DNA of 64,000 nt from a virus. The notes under the pieces were generated by a model. That model saw only the letters and a list, made by a program, of their open reading frames with translations. It did no database searches and was not told where the DNA came from. The first letter of the stretch is position 1; the number at the start of each line of letters is the position of its first letter. Positions 30,014 to 40,823 of the stretch are shown here, one piece after another. A program made the position numbers and the translations under genes. Where the stretch lies: the IMG/VR virus record IMGVR_UViG_3300025727_000008, positions 1-64,000 of that record; one strand, 5' to 3'.

Positions 30014-31447
30014 CTAAAAGTTCAGTCCTAGCATACCGCCTAAAGAGTTATTCGTAGGAGTAGGAGATTCAAATAACCCCATATCATCTAATAACATAAA
30101 AACATCTTGTGAATTTTGAGTAGCGGCATTGGCTAATGCTAAACTCATAACTAAATCGTCATGTGCGCCAACTCCCTCAAATTTACCTGAATGAGTAATA
30201 GAAAACATAGACAATTCTTCTACTAATAAATTAGTTAATCTCTTACTAGTATTATCACCATAAGGAAAATTGATTTTTCCATTTTCTATGTTCATTTGAA
30301 GGTTCAAAATGATTTCTTGTTTTCTTTTTCTAGTAGTATTGAAATCTGTAACATTCAAATCTGAAATGTTTCTTAATTCTTGAGTAAATGCTTTAGCAAA
30401 GGTATTAGTTTCGTATAGGATTTCTTCAGGTTCAAATATTTTACCAATCAATCTAATTTTATCTATGTTTTCTCTAAACTCAACATTTTTTGCTCTATCA
30501 ACATGAACTACGGTTTTATTCATATGTTCATCTACTTCTAATACAGTAATAACATTATAATCACCATCTGTTGAAATAGCAGGGTCAACCCCAACATAAT
30601 ATTTGTAGCCTTTGTGTTTTCTATGTCCTAATTTAAGAACGTAATCTTTATTTTTACATTTATCTATAAATTGAGGATTAAATAATGCTGTTCCAGTGGA
30701 AATCGGAACACATAGATATTCCCTTGTAAACTTTAAAGAACCAATTTCCTTTTTCCTACGCATAAGGGCATCATAATCCCATCTATCAACCCAAAGTGGT
30801 TCATTTAAGGCATTAAGACATGGATATTTAGTAACAGTATATGCTTCATTATCCTCTAATTGTGCAAAAATATCAGTATAAGTGAAAGGAGTTCCAATCA
30901 TTCTCAACTTAGAAGAATGGTGTAGGGTTGGTATCATATCTCCAAAGAACCAATCAGTTACTTTCTCAATACCTACTAAACTAAATTCTTTCAAAGGGTC
31001 ATCAATAATGATTTCTTGCGGGTGAAGTCCTCTAATTTGAGAACCAACTGAACGCTCTAAAATTGCGTTTCCATTTGTAAGTTGTATATTTCCAATAGCC
31101 CAACCACGACTAGGTTTGTATGGTTTTAATGCTGGAAGATTAAAATATCTATCAATTTCTCGCATGTGAACTAATGTCTGTTTTTGGTTAGATGAAATGT
31201 ATAGCATTTGGAATGGTGGTTCTTGGAATACTAAGTTCCACACAACCCAACTATGCATAAATACAGATTTACCGTGGTCGCGGCTACAAATGATAACTGT
31301 TCTATCTGTTGTTTGCATACTCTCTAACCATTCATGCATATATTCAGGATATAATAATCCCAATACATTTTGGAAAAAATATGGAAAGGAAGTTTTAGAT
31401 AATTCCATATCCATTTGAGTTACAAAATCTAAATTATCCAATTCCAT
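30014..31447 (-). CDS. terL: Terminase large subunit
   Basis: Walker A SRDHGKS, Walker B IIIDD, GTP motif, nuclease GVDPA and HDDLVMSLA. Confidence 0.93.
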   Translation of the reverse strand: MELDNLDFVTQMDMELSKTSFPYFFQNVLGLLYPEYMHEWLESMQTTDRTVIICSRDHGKSVFMHSWVVWNLVFQEPPFQMLYISSNQKQTLVHMREIDRYFNLPALKPYKPSRGWAIGNIQLTNGNAILERSVGSQIRGLHPQEIIIDDPLKEFSLVGIEKVTDWFFGDMIPTLHHSSKLRMIGTPFTYTDIFAQLEDNEAYTVTKYPCLNALNEPLWVDRWDYDALMRRKKEIGSLKFTREYLCVPISTGTALFNPQFIDKCKNKDYVLKLGHRKHKGYKYYVGVDPAISTDGDYNVITVLEVDEHMNKTVVHVDRAKNVEFRENIDKIRLIGKIFEPEEILYETNTFAKAFTQELRNISDLNVTDFNTTRKRKQEIILNLQMNIENGKINFPYGDNTSKRLTNLLVEELSMFSITHSGKFEGVGAHDDLVMSLALANAATQNSQDVFMLLDDMGLFESPTPTNNSLGGMLGLNF

Positions 31448-31448
31448 A

Positions 31449-32039
31449 CTATGTCTCCATAAACATAAACATAGTTGCTTCTAATTCACTCATTGCCTTT
31501 ACAATATTCCAAGCCTTATTCATTGAATTAGGATTCCAAACTAATATTTTATCCCCGCCAATTCTTTTTCTTTCATTTTCAACTACTTCCATTGGTAATC
31601 CTTCAGGAATTTCTTCATCAGTAGGATTTTTAATCCAACCTCTTCTTTGAAATGCAGCAATCCAACCACCATCAGGTATAGTTTTATTATTTATACTACC
31701 TAAAATAGGTTTATCCTTTATCAATTGCATTCTTTTATCTATTAAATTAGAAGAAATTCTTTTTTTTCTATATGGAGTAGCAATAGTGCTTCCGGCTAAA
31801 ACCACATAACTTTTTTTTTCAGACCAACCCGAATAACCCACAATCATATCTCCGTCTAATGCAATTAGATATTTTACATTATCAACAGAATATGGACTTA
31901 AAGTGGGGCGTGTTTTTCTAGGGTTTTTATTTTGAACATATATTTTTTGCCAATTTTCTTCGCGAGATTCTCCCCATTGACTATTCCATAGTTCTAACAT
32001 CTCTGCTTCTGTATATATTTTACTAGGGTATGTTATCAT
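31449..32039 (-). CDS. GNAT-family acetyltransferase
   Basis: YLIALDGDMIVGY, IATPYRKKRISSNL (motif A variant), FQRRGW. Confidence 0.7.
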   Translation of the reverse strand: MITYPSKIYTEAEMLELWNSQWGESREENWQKIYVQNKNPRKTRPTLSPYSVDNVKYLIALDGDMIVGYSGWSEKKSYVVLAGSTIATPYRKKRISSNLIDKRMQLIKDKPILGSINNKTIPDGGWIAAFQRRGWIKNPTDEEIPEGLPMEVVENERKRIGGDKILVWNPNSMNKAWNIVKAMSELEATMFMFMET

Positions 32040-32043
32040 AATA

Positions 32044-34806
32044 TCACCTAAAGTTAGCCTTTAAGAAATATACACTTTCTTTTGGAACACCATGTTTTAC
32101 ACCAATTTCACCTAAAGAATTAATCTCATTAACTATTAAATATATTTCATGGGCAGTTACATCTACATTATAATCATTTTTCATTATTTCAATAGCAGCA
32201 TTAGTATGGTCGAAATTATCTAATTTAGATGTATTATAGTATATTGGTTTACCTAACATTTTTCTAATACTATCATGTGCTTTTAGCATTTTATATTCCA
32301 TAGTTGCTTCAGAATTTTTAAACTCATCTAATGCCTGTACGAAATTAATTATAATATTAGCATTTTTTTGTTTACTTCCACTAAAAGACTGTTCAATACT
32401 TTCTCTATGATTATGTATTTCTTTAACTATCATATAAAATGGGTAATTTTTTCTCTTACTCTTACTACTATCATCATGCCAATTTTCAGGAGTTTTCTTA
32501 GAGTCTGAATTAGGGAAATATCCTTCAGGATTAATATTACTCTTACTATGATACTCAAAATATTCCTCTAACCTTCCATAGTTATCTAATATATTATACA
32601 GATGTGTTCCGAATTCTTCATTAGCATCTGTTAATAATATTTTATCATTTTTATCTAAATCTGCAATTAGTTTAACTAAGTTAATTCCTTCTTTCATCAG
32701 GTCAATAATTTTAGCCATTGTTATATTTTTATTGGGGGTATTTATTTTATTAAGATAATTAGTTACTCTTTTAATATGTCTAGGTTTAAATTTACTATAA
32801 CCTAGTTCTAATGTTTCATCCGACATATAATTTTCAAGTGTTTTTCTTTTAGTAGCACCTCTCAATATACCAAATACTCTCGTTAAATTATTATCTCCTG
32901 TATCTAACGATAATGAATCTTCAAAAGGGGAATATCTACTGTTTATGGGAGTTACAAAATACTCATTAATAATTTCTAATAATGCTTTAAATGTTTTATC
33001 TAGTTTTTTAAGTTGCTCACCTTCAATCATAATTTCATCATCACCAATAGAACCTAAGTTTTCCAATAATGGTGATATTAATGCCTGTACTGCTGTTTTT
33101 TTCTTACGATATTTATCAGTAGTTTTGGTAGGTGCAACAACACCAGTATCATATAACTTAGAAAAAGTAATTAAAAATTCTGCAATCCTATCTGTTTTTA
33201 TCTTTATTTTTCCAACTTCTGTTATAGGAGTTTCAACATATTCATCAACATTTTCTTCTCTACCTTCCTTTACTTGATTATCCATTTTACCCATAAATAA
33301 TGTAGATATGGTAGTCTTAGATAATGGTAAATAATATTCAGACTCATTTAACACAGAAGCAGTTCGGTTTAATTTTTTAACATATTGTAATATTAATGGC
33401 TCTATATCCACATCCATTACTGAATGATATTTATCTGATTCATTAAGTAATAATCTTTCTAATGTTTTCATTTCATCGAATAATACAGGAGTAGGGTCTT
33501 TAAATGCTTTATTTTTAAATTCTAAATAATACAAAGGGTCAACCTTTATTTTTCTCATATCACTTAATGTCTTACCTAAAACAATAATATCTTTTTTAGG
33601 TAATTCTGCTCCTTTTTTCCCACCTTCCACTTCCGCAGTATCAGACACTATATTACCCTCATCATCAAATTGAGCAACACTCTCGTAATGTTGTTCATCA
33701 GGTTCAAATTCATCTTTTATTAAAGGTAATAATTTTTTATTGTTTAAAATCCCCTCAAATAAAACTAAATGTTTTTCATGTTTCATAAAATCATCTAACT
33801 CTTTTGCTTCAAAAGAACTAACATAATTTAAATTATTATCAAGTTCATTACTAACTATATTTTCATTAAATTCTAATAATTTAATAATAATATTTTTAGT
33901 TTCTCCGGTAAATTTTTCTATACCCATATTGTCGATTTCTGTTTTAAATGCCTTAAATTTATTTTGAAAGACCTTGTAATCTTTATTTACTTCTTCCCAA
34001 TACTGATATATGGCCGCTCTATTACTTGCTTTACGAGAATCTAATGTTCCTACCATATCATTAATAGGTAAAAACATTTTTTTATTATCATTTGAATTAT
34101 ATATTTTAAGTTGTTCATAGATAGGTTGCATTGGAGTTTTCTTATGTGGTTCAAGAAGATTAATAAAATCCATATATTTATCTATATCTTTTTTATCTAT
34201 ATCTTTACCTTGTTTGAAATTAACTACATCTATTTTTTGCGTCATGTTTTCAAACACTTTTTTGTAGTTTACAGATTTACCATCAGAATCAACGAACAAA
34301 TTCAATATTTCTTTTATTTTATCATTTTCAGATTGTAACTCATTTTGTCTTTGTCCAGCAGATACTTTACCACTTACCTCTATATCATGTTCTTTTAATA
34401 CATGTTGTATCATTAAACTAACCTTATTTGAAAAATCACTAATATATTCTTCATCTATTCTTTTATTAAGATGGGTATAAGCACCAAATATTTGTTTTGT
34501 AAACTCATTTTTTGTTTGAGTATCATTTGATGTTCTTTCTAGGTTTAATTTTCCATCTTCATTTAATATGTATTCTCTTTTCGGTGTTGAAGGAGAATTT
34601 AAAAAATCATTTAATTTTTCAGGTTTATTAAATATTTTATCAAGAACACTTTTTGTAAATTGTATTTTATCTGATATAGTATTTTCAATAAATTCGGTAT
34701 TTTCTTCATAGAAATTTTTGATAATATATTTCCTAGTTGGTTTATATCCTTCTAACATATACTTAGCAAAAATTTCCTTCTCGTCTTGCCAACTTATTTC
34801 ACTCAT
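32044..34806 (-). CDS. Large hypothetical protein (920 aa)
   Basis: Long ORF, charged composition, no recognised motif. Confidence 0.65.
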   Translation of the reverse strand: MSEISWQDEKEIFAKYMLEGYKPTRKYIIKNFYEENTEFIENTISDKIQFTKSVLDKIFNKPEKLNDFLNSPSTPKREYILNEDGKLNLERTSNDTQTKNEFTKQIFGAYTHLNKRIDEEYISDFSNKVSLMIQHVLKEHDIEVSGKVSAGQRQNELQSENDKIKEILNLFVDSDGKSVNYKKVFENMTQKIDVVNFKQGKDIDKKDIDKYMDFINLLEPHKKTPMQPIYEQLKIYNSNDNKKMFLPINDMVGTLDSRKASNRAAIYQYWEEVNKDYKVFQNKFKAFKTEIDNMGIEKFTGETKNIIIKLLEFNENIVSNELDNNLNYVSSFEAKELDDFMKHEKHLVLFEGILNNKKLLPLIKDEFEPDEQHYESVAQFDDEGNIVSDTAEVEGGKKGAELPKKDIIVLGKTLSDMRKIKVDPLYYLEFKNKAFKDPTPVLFDEMKTLERLLLNESDKYHSVMDVDIEPLILQYVKKLNRTASVLNESEYYLPLSKTTISTLFMGKMDNQVKEGREENVDEYVETPITEVGKIKIKTDRIAEFLITFSKLYDTGVVAPTKTTDKYRKKKTAVQALISPLLENLGSIGDDEIMIEGEQLKKLDKTFKALLEIINEYFVTPINSRYSPFEDSLSLDTGDNNLTRVFGILRGATKRKTLENYMSDETLELGYSKFKPRHIKRVTNYLNKINTPNKNITMAKIIDLMKEGINLVKLIADLDKNDKILLTDANEEFGTHLYNILDNYGRLEEYFEYHSKSNINPEGYFPNSDSKKTPENWHDDSSKSKRKNYPFYMIVKEIHNHRESIEQSFSGSKQKNANIIINFVQALDEFKNSEATMEYKMLKAHDSIRKMLGKPIYYNTSKLDNFDHTNAAIEIMKNDYNVDVTAHEIYLIVNEINSLGEIGVKHGVPKESVYFLKANFR

Positions 34807-34810
34807 ATTA

Positions 34811-37072
34811 TTAACCTCTTATATTATGTTCTTCTGCTAACCAAGTAATTGGTTGAAACTTACGGTTTCCACTTAAAACAACATCTTCATTTATTACATA
34901 TTTTATAGATTCTTGTATTTCATTAAGAAGTGATTTTCTTACATGTTCGTATCTATCTAATAATAAATCACGCATGTCTTTAATAAGAGTTTGTTTATTT
35001 TCATCATCATCTATTTTTTCATTTTTATTTTTATCTAAAATATCCCAAGCACGACGTATTTCATTGTTACCATTTATATTCCCATCTAAACCCTTACTAA
35101 ACATTATAAATTTCCCAAAATTTCTACTTACATTATATTCGATTATTTCTGCTTCGGGAGATGTAAGGGTTTCTTCATCTTCATCCTCAGTATTAAAAAC
35201 CATTTTTTTGAATTTTTGAAGAGTTATTTTATCTGCATTATTTTGAGTTTCAAAATCTATATGTGTCTTAACCATATTGTTAAGTATTGTTTTAAATTTA
35301 TTTATATCCATCAGACTCTCTATTGCCATCCCAATATCAAAAAATTCTAATCCTGTTAATCTTTCTATTTTATTTTCAGTTTCATCATCTACCTTACCTT
35401 CAAATAATAACAAACCTTCTCTTTCATTAGAAGTTAAAGTAGCCCCTAAATATGAATCTTCTAGTTTATTTAATAATTTTTTAACACCCGTTTTAAATCT
35501 CAAATCACTTTCGTTATCTACATGTCTGTCTACCGGAAGTATTGTTGCCATTAAATTCCAAGTATTAGAATTATAATTATTATATTTATTTTGTAATTCA
35601 TCTAATAAGTCGTCGTCTATTTTAGTGTCTGTTTTAAGTTGTTTTGTTTCATGTTTATCAAAATAACTTTTTAACTTAATAAGCAATTTACTTGTTTTAA
35701 TTTTACTTTTAACTTCGGTTAACATCTCATTAAGTAATGGTTCTAGTTGTTCTTTATTTTCATGGTTAAAATAAATATCAAACATATACTTATAGGTATC
35801 ATAATCATCAACAAGAAGTCTAAATGACTTATTAGTACCTTGTAACATTTGCTTTTTATCTGACTTTGTTCCAGTCGTTATAGCCTTTAAAAAATATTCT
35901 ATTGATACCTTTGTTGATGGTTGTTCAATCTCATTTTTACGTCGCCCAGTAATCCTTGTTAATTCTTCCGTACTTTTTTTACCTGCTTTTTTACGCGAAC
36001 TTTTTTCACTTGAATCAAAATCAATATATTCAGCAAACTTCAAAGTTTGAGCCAACTTAGTTCTTTTAATAGCATTATAATTATTAGTTGTTCCATTAGA
36101 AAATATAAATAATTGTTCTTTAGTCATAAATTTAGGAAACCCTGTAAACGCAAATAAACTTCTTTCTTTATTTCCATACGCCCTTTCAGTTTTTGATTTG
36201 CTAGGTAGTTTTAATTTAGGTGGTGGGGCTAACAGGTTCTTACCCGAAAGAGGTTGAGGATTCGCATTAAATCCGAACGTAGACCAATCTATATGTCTAA
36301 ATTTAGATTCTAATGGTTTACCACCTATAGTATATGTTTCATTTATTTTATCATATAATACAGGTTTAGGTGTATCAATATCAAGGTCGAGTTTTTCAGC
36401 CTTAATCTTAATAGCATCTGCAACTTTACCTTCTATCTCCATAAGTATCATAGTTCCATCTTTAATTTCATACCCTAATATTTCAGGATTAGATTTTAAT
36501 TTCTCTATGATTTTTTTCTTATCAATTTTATTATTATTAATTAATCTACCTAATATCACCTGTCTTTGAGTAATTGCATCTTCCGCTAATACTCTTTTTT
36601 TGGTAACTAGTTTTTTCTTATCTCTAAAAATATGTTCACTATAAGAAACCTTACCAGTTAAATATTCAATAAGTTTTTCAATATCATTATTATATAGTTC
36701 CATAATAATACTATGATTATGATTACTATGCATATTTTTCAATTCTATAATCCATTTTATTTTTTCACGATATTTTGAGAATTCTTTCATAGGTAATTTA
36801 ACATGTGAAATTGATATTGGTGGTTCTTTAAAATAATCAACTTCAGGTGGGGCTAACAGTTTCTTATGTAGTATAGTTAAAATTTCTTGAAATTTAGGTT
36901 CAGTCATTTTATCCGAAGGAACAGGGGGTTTACCAGTATGAATATGTTTATCATAAAAATCACTAACTGCATTATTCATTTCTGATTTATTATATCCTAA
37001 TAATGGATATACTAATTTCATTTTAGGCGACATAACTTTCGCTCTATCTTTAAGAATTAATTGCCAACTCAT
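34811..37072 (-). CDS. Large WxxILK-tagged hypothetical protein (753 aa)
   Basis: MSWQLILK. Confidence 0.65.
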   Translation of the reverse strand: MSWQLILKDRAKVMSPKMKLVYPLLGYNKSEMNNAVSDFYDKHIHTGKPPVPSDKMTEPKFQEILTILHKKLLAPPEVDYFKEPPISISHVKLPMKEFSKYREKIKWIIELKNMHSNHNHSIIMELYNNDIEKLIEYLTGKVSYSEHIFRDKKKLVTKKRVLAEDAITQRQVILGRLINNNKIDKKKIIEKLKSNPEILGYEIKDGTMILMEIEGKVADAIKIKAEKLDLDIDTPKPVLYDKINETYTIGGKPLESKFRHIDWSTFGFNANPQPLSGKNLLAPPPKLKLPSKSKTERAYGNKERSLFAFTGFPKFMTKEQLFIFSNGTTNNYNAIKRTKLAQTLKFAEYIDFDSSEKSSRKKAGKKSTEELTRITGRRKNEIEQPSTKVSIEYFLKAITTGTKSDKKQMLQGTNKSFRLLVDDYDTYKYMFDIYFNHENKEQLEPLLNEMLTEVKSKIKTSKLLIKLKSYFDKHETKQLKTDTKIDDDLLDELQNKYNNYNSNTWNLMATILPVDRHVDNESDLRFKTGVKKLLNKLEDSYLGATLTSNEREGLLLFEGKVDDETENKIERLTGLEFFDIGMAIESLMDINKFKTILNNMVKTHIDFETQNNADKITLQKFKKMVFNTEDEDEETLTSPEAEIIEYNVSRNFGKFIMFSKGLDGNINGNNEIRRAWDILDKNKNEKIDDDENKQTLIKDMRDLLLDRYEHVRKSLLNEIQESIKYVINEDVVLSGNRKFQPITWLAEEHNIRG

Positions 37073-37203
37073 ATTAAATCACTACTTTCTAAAATAATTC
37101 TAATATCATTTATGGTTGGATTACCTTTCATTACTTTTATAATTTCATTTAGAGCGTCTGACCTTTTAGCCCCTATGTTTTTAATGGTATCTTCCCAACT
37201 CAT
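37069..37203 (-). CDS. 44-aa WxxILK-tagged protein (not in ORF track)
   Basis: MSWEDTIKNIGAKRSDALNEIIKVMKGNPTINDIRIILESSDLI; ATGA overlaps at both ends. Confidence 0.65.
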   Translation of the reverse strand: MSWEDTIKNIGAKRSDALNEIIKVMKGNPTINDIRIILESSDLI

Positions 37204-37559
37204 TTTGCCTTACCCCCCGTACATTTTTCAAAATTATCTATCATTTTTTCTAGTTCTGCTAATCCCCAAGTGGGAAAGTTACTATCTTTTTGTGGTTTTT
37301 TAACTTCATCTATCATATGCAAAATTGTTCCCACTACCACATCACAAGGCTTTTCTAATATGCTCAGAAAATAATCTTTCATACCGTTAACATCTTCTTC
37401 AAACAACCCCTCTCTAGAATGACCTAATTTTTCAGCGTAATATTCAACTAATTTTTCAATAAACATACTATACTCAGTTTTTAATTGAGAACAACACGAT
37501 TCATACGCATCGAACTTTACATCTAAAATTTGTATTTTTAAAACATCTTGCCAACTCAT
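37200..37559 (-). CDS. WxxILK-tagged hypothetical protein
   Basis: MSWQDVLK. Confidence 0.65.
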   Translation of the reverse strand: MSWQDVLKIQILDVKFDAYESCCSQLKTEYSMFIEKLVEYYAEKLGHSREGLFEEDVNGMKDYFLSILEKPCDVVVGTILHMIDEVKKPQKDSNFPTWGLAELEKMIDNFEKCTGGKAK

Positions 37560-37565
37560 TGTAAC

Positions 37566-37901
37566 TTATCCCTCCAAATTACCATCTAAACTATACAGTA
37601 TTACATCTGATACTGCTACTTCTAATGATATAATCAGTTCTCTTAATTCTTTATCTAATACCCCTGCGTTTCTTACCGCCATCCTATAATCATCATCATG
37701 CTCCATGTCGTAAGGTTCTCCTTTCTCGTCTATTAAATACGGGTTATTTTTATGATGAGCATATTTTTTAGCGTTTAATAAGAACTGTTGAAGTTGTCTA
37801 ATTTCATCAAGAGTCATAGAACCAAAATTAGGGTGAGTTTGCATAAGTTTAACCATAGCATTTACTTCGGGTTTATTCTTTAAGATATTATTCCAACTCA
37901 T
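37566..37901 (-). CDS. WxxILK-tagged hypothetical protein
   Basis: MSWNNILK. Confidence 0.65.
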   Translation of the reverse strand: MSWNNILKNKPEVNAMVKLMQTHPNFGSMTLDEIRQLQQFLLNAKKYAHHKNNPYLIDEKGEPYDMEHDDDYRMAVRNAGVLDKELRELIISLEVAVSDVILYSLDGNLEG

Positions 37902-38308
37902 TGCATCAACTCTATCATTAATCCTTTTTCATCAATTTCTGTAACTTTCAGTTCTGAATTATTCTTCAGTTTATCTGCAACCTTATACAAATGAGGATTC
38001 GTTATTCGACCATAGGCTAACCAAAATGGCCTATATTCTCCTAATACCCCATTAGTGTCCATTAATGCCCCAACTACCATTTTTTCTGCAAACCCTTTTC
38101 TTTGGTAATCAGGATGAATAGAAATATGTAATTCTCTTATCTTTCCATCATTAAATGGCTTCATGTTTTCAAGGCTACTATAATCTTTAGGCCGGTAATG
38201 CAAAATTAGTTTATCTCCGTATTCCTCAAACAAAACATTGTGAAACCAACCATCATCATCTACTGAAATAGGACTAATTTCCGCTTTTAATAACTGTTGC
38301 CAACTCAT
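37898..38308 (-). CDS. WxxILK-tagged GNAT-like acetyltransferase
   Basis: MSWQQLLKA; HISIHPDYQRKGFAEKM is a GNAT acetyl-CoA binding motif A. Confidence 0.7.
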   Translation of the reverse strand: MSWQQLLKAEISPISVDDDGWFHNVLFEEYGDKLILHYRPKDYSSLENMKPFNDGKIRELHISIHPDYQRKGFAEKMVVGALMDTNGVLGEYRPFWLAYGRITNPHLYKVADKLKNNSELKVTEIDEKGLMIELMQ

Positions 38309-38964
38309 TGTAACTTCTCCATTTTACTTCTAACATCTAACCAAACTTCAGGATGGTTTTGTGCTAACACCTCTTTGATAATTTGCATCTGATGAACAAT
38401 AATTGTATCTTGCCTCTTATGTACTAACTTACCTTTGAACTCCATCAAGTATCTCAAACTCTCACGGACTTCTTTAGCCAACTTAGTTAGTGAATCAATA
38501 TGTTTAGCATCCAAATCATCGGAATCAAAAAGCATATCTAACTTAATATCTAATCTAGAAATATTTGCACTCAAGGTATCAACCTCATTTATTTCTTGCA
38601 TAGCAATCATATTTGCAGCAGACTGTTGAACTAAAGGTTGCACATGATTTTTAATATGTCTAACTACTTGGTCAGCAGTACAATTTAACATTAAACCAAC
38701 TTCTTCAGGAGTTATATTTGCACCATGTAATTGCAATTCAATCTCACTTCTATGTTCACTAATACAAATGTTACATCTAGGATTAGAAGAATTAACATAT
38801 CCTTCCATGTGATTTCTTTGATGTCTTGAAGCAGTTCCACTAGACCAATCCATTTGGACATCCAAATCATCAGCAGTAATTATCATATTATCTAATTCAT
38901 CTTCTAGAGTTTGCCTATTATCTAAATTACAAAATACACAACGTTTTCTGGTTATCATTTCCAT
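38305..38964 (-). CDS. Tandem Zn-finger/HTH protein, candidate terminase small subunit
   Basis: Two CxxC...HxxxH repeats (CVFC..HQRNH; CNIC..HIKNH) followed by helical oligomerisation-like region. Confidence 0.55.
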   Translation of the reverse strand: MEMITRKRCVFCNLDNRQTLEDELDNMIITADDLDVQMDWSSGTASRHQRNHMEGYVNSSNPRCNICISEHRSEIELQLHGANITPEEVGLMLNCTADQVVRHIKNHVQPLVQQSAANMIAMQEINEVDTLSANISRLDIKLDMLFDSDDLDAKHIDSLTKLAKEVRESLRYLMEFKGKLVHKRQDTIIVHQMQIIKEVLAQNHPEVWLDVRSKMEKLQ

Positions 38965-39323
38965 AATTCCTCTTCAGGGTAAAGTTCCATAGCCTCTTCT
39001 ATATCTTCTCTAAAGTTTTCAGCGACTTCTAACCAATCAACATCTGATATTGAATCTCCTACTTCATCTCTATCATTAACGGGAGATAATAATTCATCCA
39101 TGAAACCTTTACTTTGAGTCATCATTTCAGGTAACTCTTTTGCTATTGTATTTAATATATCATCTATAACATCTTGTTTAGTCCAGTTGAATTCAAGATA
39201 ACCTTTTACCTTTAATTTAATTAACTGTACTATAGGAAAATAAAGTTCTTCAGTATTCATAACCCATAAATCTGCACTTCTAGTAGCAGTTGCGGTATCT
39301 TTCAATATCTTTTTCCAACTCAT
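38955..39323 (-). CDS. WxxILK-tagged hypothetical protein
   Basis: True start likely ATG 39323 (MSWKKILKD) after GGAG SD. Confidence 0.65.
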   Translation of the reverse strand: MSWKKILKDTATATRSADLWVMNTEELYFPIVQLIKLKVKGYLEFNWTKQDVIDDILNTIAKELPEMMTQSKGFMDELLSPVNDRDEVGDSISDVDWLEVAENFREDIEEAMELYPEEELWK

Positions 39324-39395
39324 CTTAATACTCTCCACAATAAGGACACATAATCCCTGAATAATTATCACTGTTAATATTTATTTTACAACACT

Positions 39396-40562
39396 TTAAC
39401 ATATTAATTCCCTCTTTAAAATATCTCGCCAATCATTAACTTCTACATCATTAGTTTTTTTAGTTTGAGATTTAACTTCCGGTTTATCAAATCTAATAGT
39501 AACAGTATTATGTTTCCTACCTGTTTTTGGTTCAGTAAACTTTCTATTATTTTCCTTCAATAATATTTTTGCCATCTGATTTGCTACCCCTCTAGTTAAT
39601 TTAAAATATCCTCGTTTAAGTGTGAAAAATTCAGGTATTCCTAAATTATTCCTAACTCTATTTTGAAAATCTTTTCTTGTTGGCAATAAATGACTTTTAC
39701 TCTCTATTTCTCGCATAACCTCGCCATATCGAAATGCACCATTTCTACCTGCCATATCAGGTTCAATATATTTACGAACTATTCTCTTAATACTATTAAT
39801 TTCTAATGCTTTTTCAGCCCAACCTGTTTGTCCTTTTTTTCCTAATTTAATAGGATTATCTTTACTTATACCTACACCGTCTTTTAAGGCTTCAATACCT
39901 TCTTCTATGATTTCATGTAAACTTTTAGAACTTGTAATTTTAACCTCACCTTCTCTACCATACATAACTTGCCAAAAAGGTGGTTCGGCTACACCTTTAG
40001 AATAGTCATACCAAGATTCAGGACATGCCGGTGCAGGGTTTAAATCCCTTTTAGGGAATTTTTTCATTTTAATTTTTCTTTTATTTTCATAATTTTTAGT
40101 ACGATAGTGTCCATATACTTCTTCTTCATCTACAACTTTACCACTATCTTCATCTACTTCTTTATCGGTAAAAGAAATATTTCTAGGATTTAAAGGGTTT
40201 TGAGGGCTACTATAAGAATCCATTAAAAGTCTAACTTTATTTAATTTTATTATATCATCTATACCAATATCTTCTCCATCAACAATATTAGTAATAATTC
40301 CTATAATTTCAGAACCACCTTTACCACTAGTATAAGGTGAAGGGGATTTATCACCTTGTAATCTACCAATTAATCCTTGTTGTTTAAACATCTGATAAAG
40401 ACTAATATCATTTTCCATAAATAATGTTTCACCACTTATTTCTGATAACTGTTGTTGCCAATTATCAAACGATTTTCCAAACATTTGGACATTAGCACCA
40501 GTTAATTTAACATCATTTTTTAAGATTATATTTGACGTTCTTTCTAGGTTTCTTTTTGCCAC
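39396..40562 (-). CDS. Hypothetical protein with C-terminal WRDILK motif
   Basis: 388 aa; ends VNDWRDILKRELIC. Confidence 0.65.
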   Translation of the reverse strand: MAKRNLERTSNIILKNDVKLTGANVQMFGKSFDNWQQQLSEISGETLFMENDISLYQMFKQQGLIGRLQGDKSPSPYTSGKGGSEIIGIITNIVDGEDIGIDDIIKLNKVRLLMDSYSSPQNPLNPRNISFTDKEVDEDSGKVVDEEEVYGHYRTKNYENKRKIKMKKFPKRDLNPAPACPESWYDYSKGVAEPPFWQVMYGREGEVKITSSKSLHEIIEEGIEALKDGVGISKDNPIKLGKKGQTGWAEKALEINSIKRIVRKYIEPDMAGRNGAFRYGEVMREIESKSHLLPTRKDFQNRVRNNLGIPEFFTLKRGYFKLTRGVANQMAKILLKENNRKFTEPKTGRKHNTVTIRFDKPEVKSQTKKTNDVEVNDWRDILKRELIC

Positions 40563-40680
40563 GTTTTTTACCCCCTATTGATTTATTATTAAATAAAGAT
40601 GAAGTTCCACTATTACTAGTAGTAACTGCCCCTGCCATTCTTAGTATTGTAAACCATTTAGTGTTAAGAGAAGATGCCAC
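40513..40680 (-). CDS. 55-aa basic protein (not in ORF track)
   Basis: GTG start; MASSLNTKWFTILRMAGAVTTSNSG...GGKKRGKKKPRK; contains tag variant WFTILR. Confidence 0.45.
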   Translation of the reverse strand: MASSLNTKWFTILRMAGAVTTSNSGTSSLFNNKSIGGKKRGKKKPRKNVKYNLKK

Positions 40681-40823
40681 TTATCTAAGCGCAATACTAC
40701 TTGGACTATAACTATTCTTCTTCTCCTTCTATTGCTCTAATAATAGCATACCAGTATTCTTCTTCTTGAGTTAGAATTTTATTATTCTTATCTTTTTTCA
40801 TTTTTATTAAACCAATTTCTATT

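Noticed and set aside
28664-31447. Intein or intron in terminase/portal
   Set aside because: TerL and portal are intact separate ORFs; no intein C1/HN-C/S/T motifs seen.
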